DNA from: Lama glama
Taxonomy: Eukaryota
Length of the DNA stretch: 64,000 bases
Reading direction: 5' to 3'
Assembly (NCBI GenBank): GCA_028534125.1
Contig: CM052817.1
Span: forward strand, 104,534,001 to 104,598,000
The position numbers and the translations under genes were made by a program. Below are positions 62,263 through 64,000 of the stretch, piece by piece. The notes beneath the pieces were generated by a model. It worked only from the letters and a program-made list of their open reading frames with translations, searched no databases and was not told the DNA's origin. Positions within the stretch are counted from its first letter, which is position 1, and the number at the start of each line of letters is the position of its first letter.

Positions 62263-64000
62263 TAATGTCAGATTCTTTTGACCCCATTGTGACAGTGAAC
62301 AAAGTGAGCCACACAGCTTGAGGAGGTTGCCTAGAGACACTCTTGCTTGTGATGGAGATGAAGGCAGAGCTCATCCTTGAAAGGTTTGTTAAAAAGAAAC
62401 TTATTAAGCTGAGAGAGGCTTTCAAATCAGTGCAATGAAAATTCATCAAGTTAACTTTTAAAAATCATTCTTTGCTCCTGACAGTGATTTATGCTTGACA
62501 GAACCAATTTAATTTATTTTTTAAATGAAAATTGTGTTACTGAAAATTAAGCTGTGTATTTAATGGGAAAAAACGTATATGCCTAGCCTTTTGGGATAAT
62601 CTTTATATAAGTCTATTATATTAGCCAACAGGAGGGAGTTTGATGAAAGTTACAGAGAGATTCTCAGGCTGATGGTAGATGGTTTCTGGAAGGAAGAAAT
62701 GGGCGAGATAAATCAATTTAAAGAATAATGAAGTCAGTCCAGTTAATTAAGGGTAGATTGGAGAAACAAATCTCAATTAATTAATATATCCAAAGCTGAT
62801 GGTTGAGCTTGTGCTACTTTCTTAAAATATAAATTTCTTTGTCCTCCTCCATTCCCATCCCCCACCCCCTCCTCAGTCCCCAAGTTGTGGACTGGGACCC
62901 GGGAACATACATTTTAAAATAATCATTTCCTAAAGTTTCTGAGGAAGGCAATTGTAAGTGGTGAAGTACTGTCAAAAAAGCATTGCTCTCAGATTTAGAA
63001 ACTAATCATTAAATATGAATAACCATCAGCTTCTCAGAGTTGAAATTAATAAATCTTGAAGCTTAGGTAAAACACTTAGCTAGAATCCTAAAAGTGTATT
63101 TTAGAATTACCTCAAATGTCAATCACAATAATTACCAAATCTAGTGTTTTGGTTACTACAAAATAGAATTGACATTTTTCAAAGAGAAATTATTTCTTTT
63201 AAAAATAATTTATATAATGATACATAATATATAAATTAATTTATATAGTATATTATTTATATAATATATGCATATAAATTTTTTTTCCAAGAAAGAAGGC
63301 CCACACACTGACCGTTACCACCCCCTCTCAGCCCAGGTGCTTTTCTCCTTCAGCGTCATCTGCAGACTATGCCTTAAGTTGGAGGAAATTTCACAGTGAG
63401 ATGCCTCTTTTCAGGGCATTACAAATTGATCTTTCCCTTCTTCAGTACTGGTTCTCCAGCTCCCTGCTGATGGTAAGAATGAGATCCTCTTGACTCCAGA
63501 CTTGATTAGTAAGAAGAATATAACTGGAAAACTAACTGGAAGGGTTTCTGTCAGTAGATTCAGATTTGACTGGCTGTGAGGAAACGTACCTTGAGTCTAT
63601 GAAACTCCCCTCTGTTCCCAGCTACTGCATTGCTCCTCACTGTGCCCAGTTGAGAGCAATCAGGTGCGCCCCAGCAGGGCCATTTTCCAACTTAGATCTA
63701 AGTTATTTTCATGGCATTGCAGCTCTGTTTTATGATGTGGGAAGGGTGTTGTGCAAGCAAATGTAAGATTTCATAAAACGTGTAAGCGAAGCTTTAATGT
63801 ATATGTTAGAAGATGATGATTTATGCATACTTTAGCATTTAGCAAGTGGTATGGAATGCCCTATTGTCCTTGTCAATGAAAATAATGTAACAATGAAAAT
63901 GACATAAATGACCAGATACACAGAGAGAGCAAATAAAATTACACAATTGAAACTCGCCTGCAAAAATATAATATCAGAGAGCTTACTCAAGATATGATCC

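Noticed and set aside
63200..63290. AT-rich self-complementary stretch
   Set aside because: Low-complexity sequence; pairing expected by chance
1..64000. CRISPR arrays, operons or other prokaryotic systems
   Set aside because: The window is clearly mammalian; no repeat-spacer arrays or long intronless intact genes were seen

Overview
Mammalian genomic DNA, probably a camelid, judged from three tRNA-derived vic-1-like SINEs and cetartiodactyl-type L1 3' ends. Two host genes lie tail to tail. On the + strand is the last coding exon and long 3' UTR of MARCHF1 (8662-8957, UTR to about 12.9 kb). On the - strand is a complete 7-exon TMA16 gene (ATG at 49866-49868 in a CpG island, stop at 20361; 612 nt of CDS, 203 aa). 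The rest is mostly interspersed repeats (L1, L2, MIR, MLT/ERV LTRs, MER DNA transposons) plus a 500-N assembly gap at 59831-60330. The most notable non-routine items are: (1) an intronless, frameshifted cTAGE/MIA2-family retrocopy with poly(A) and a candidate TSD inside TMA16 intron 1, apparently copied from a short, highly diverged parent gene; (2) a TSD-bounded composite ORF1-only (HAL1-like) L1 derivative in TMA16 intron 2 whose antisense ORF2 segment shows dense A>G/T>C transitions suggestive of ADAR hyper-editing; (3) an L1 missing its RT core; (4) small twin-priming L1 inversions, a 19-bp hairpin and a strong CTCF-like motif. Nearly all ORFs in the supplied track are spurious or repeat-derived. 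Repeat family names come from recalled consensus sequences and were not confirmed by a search.
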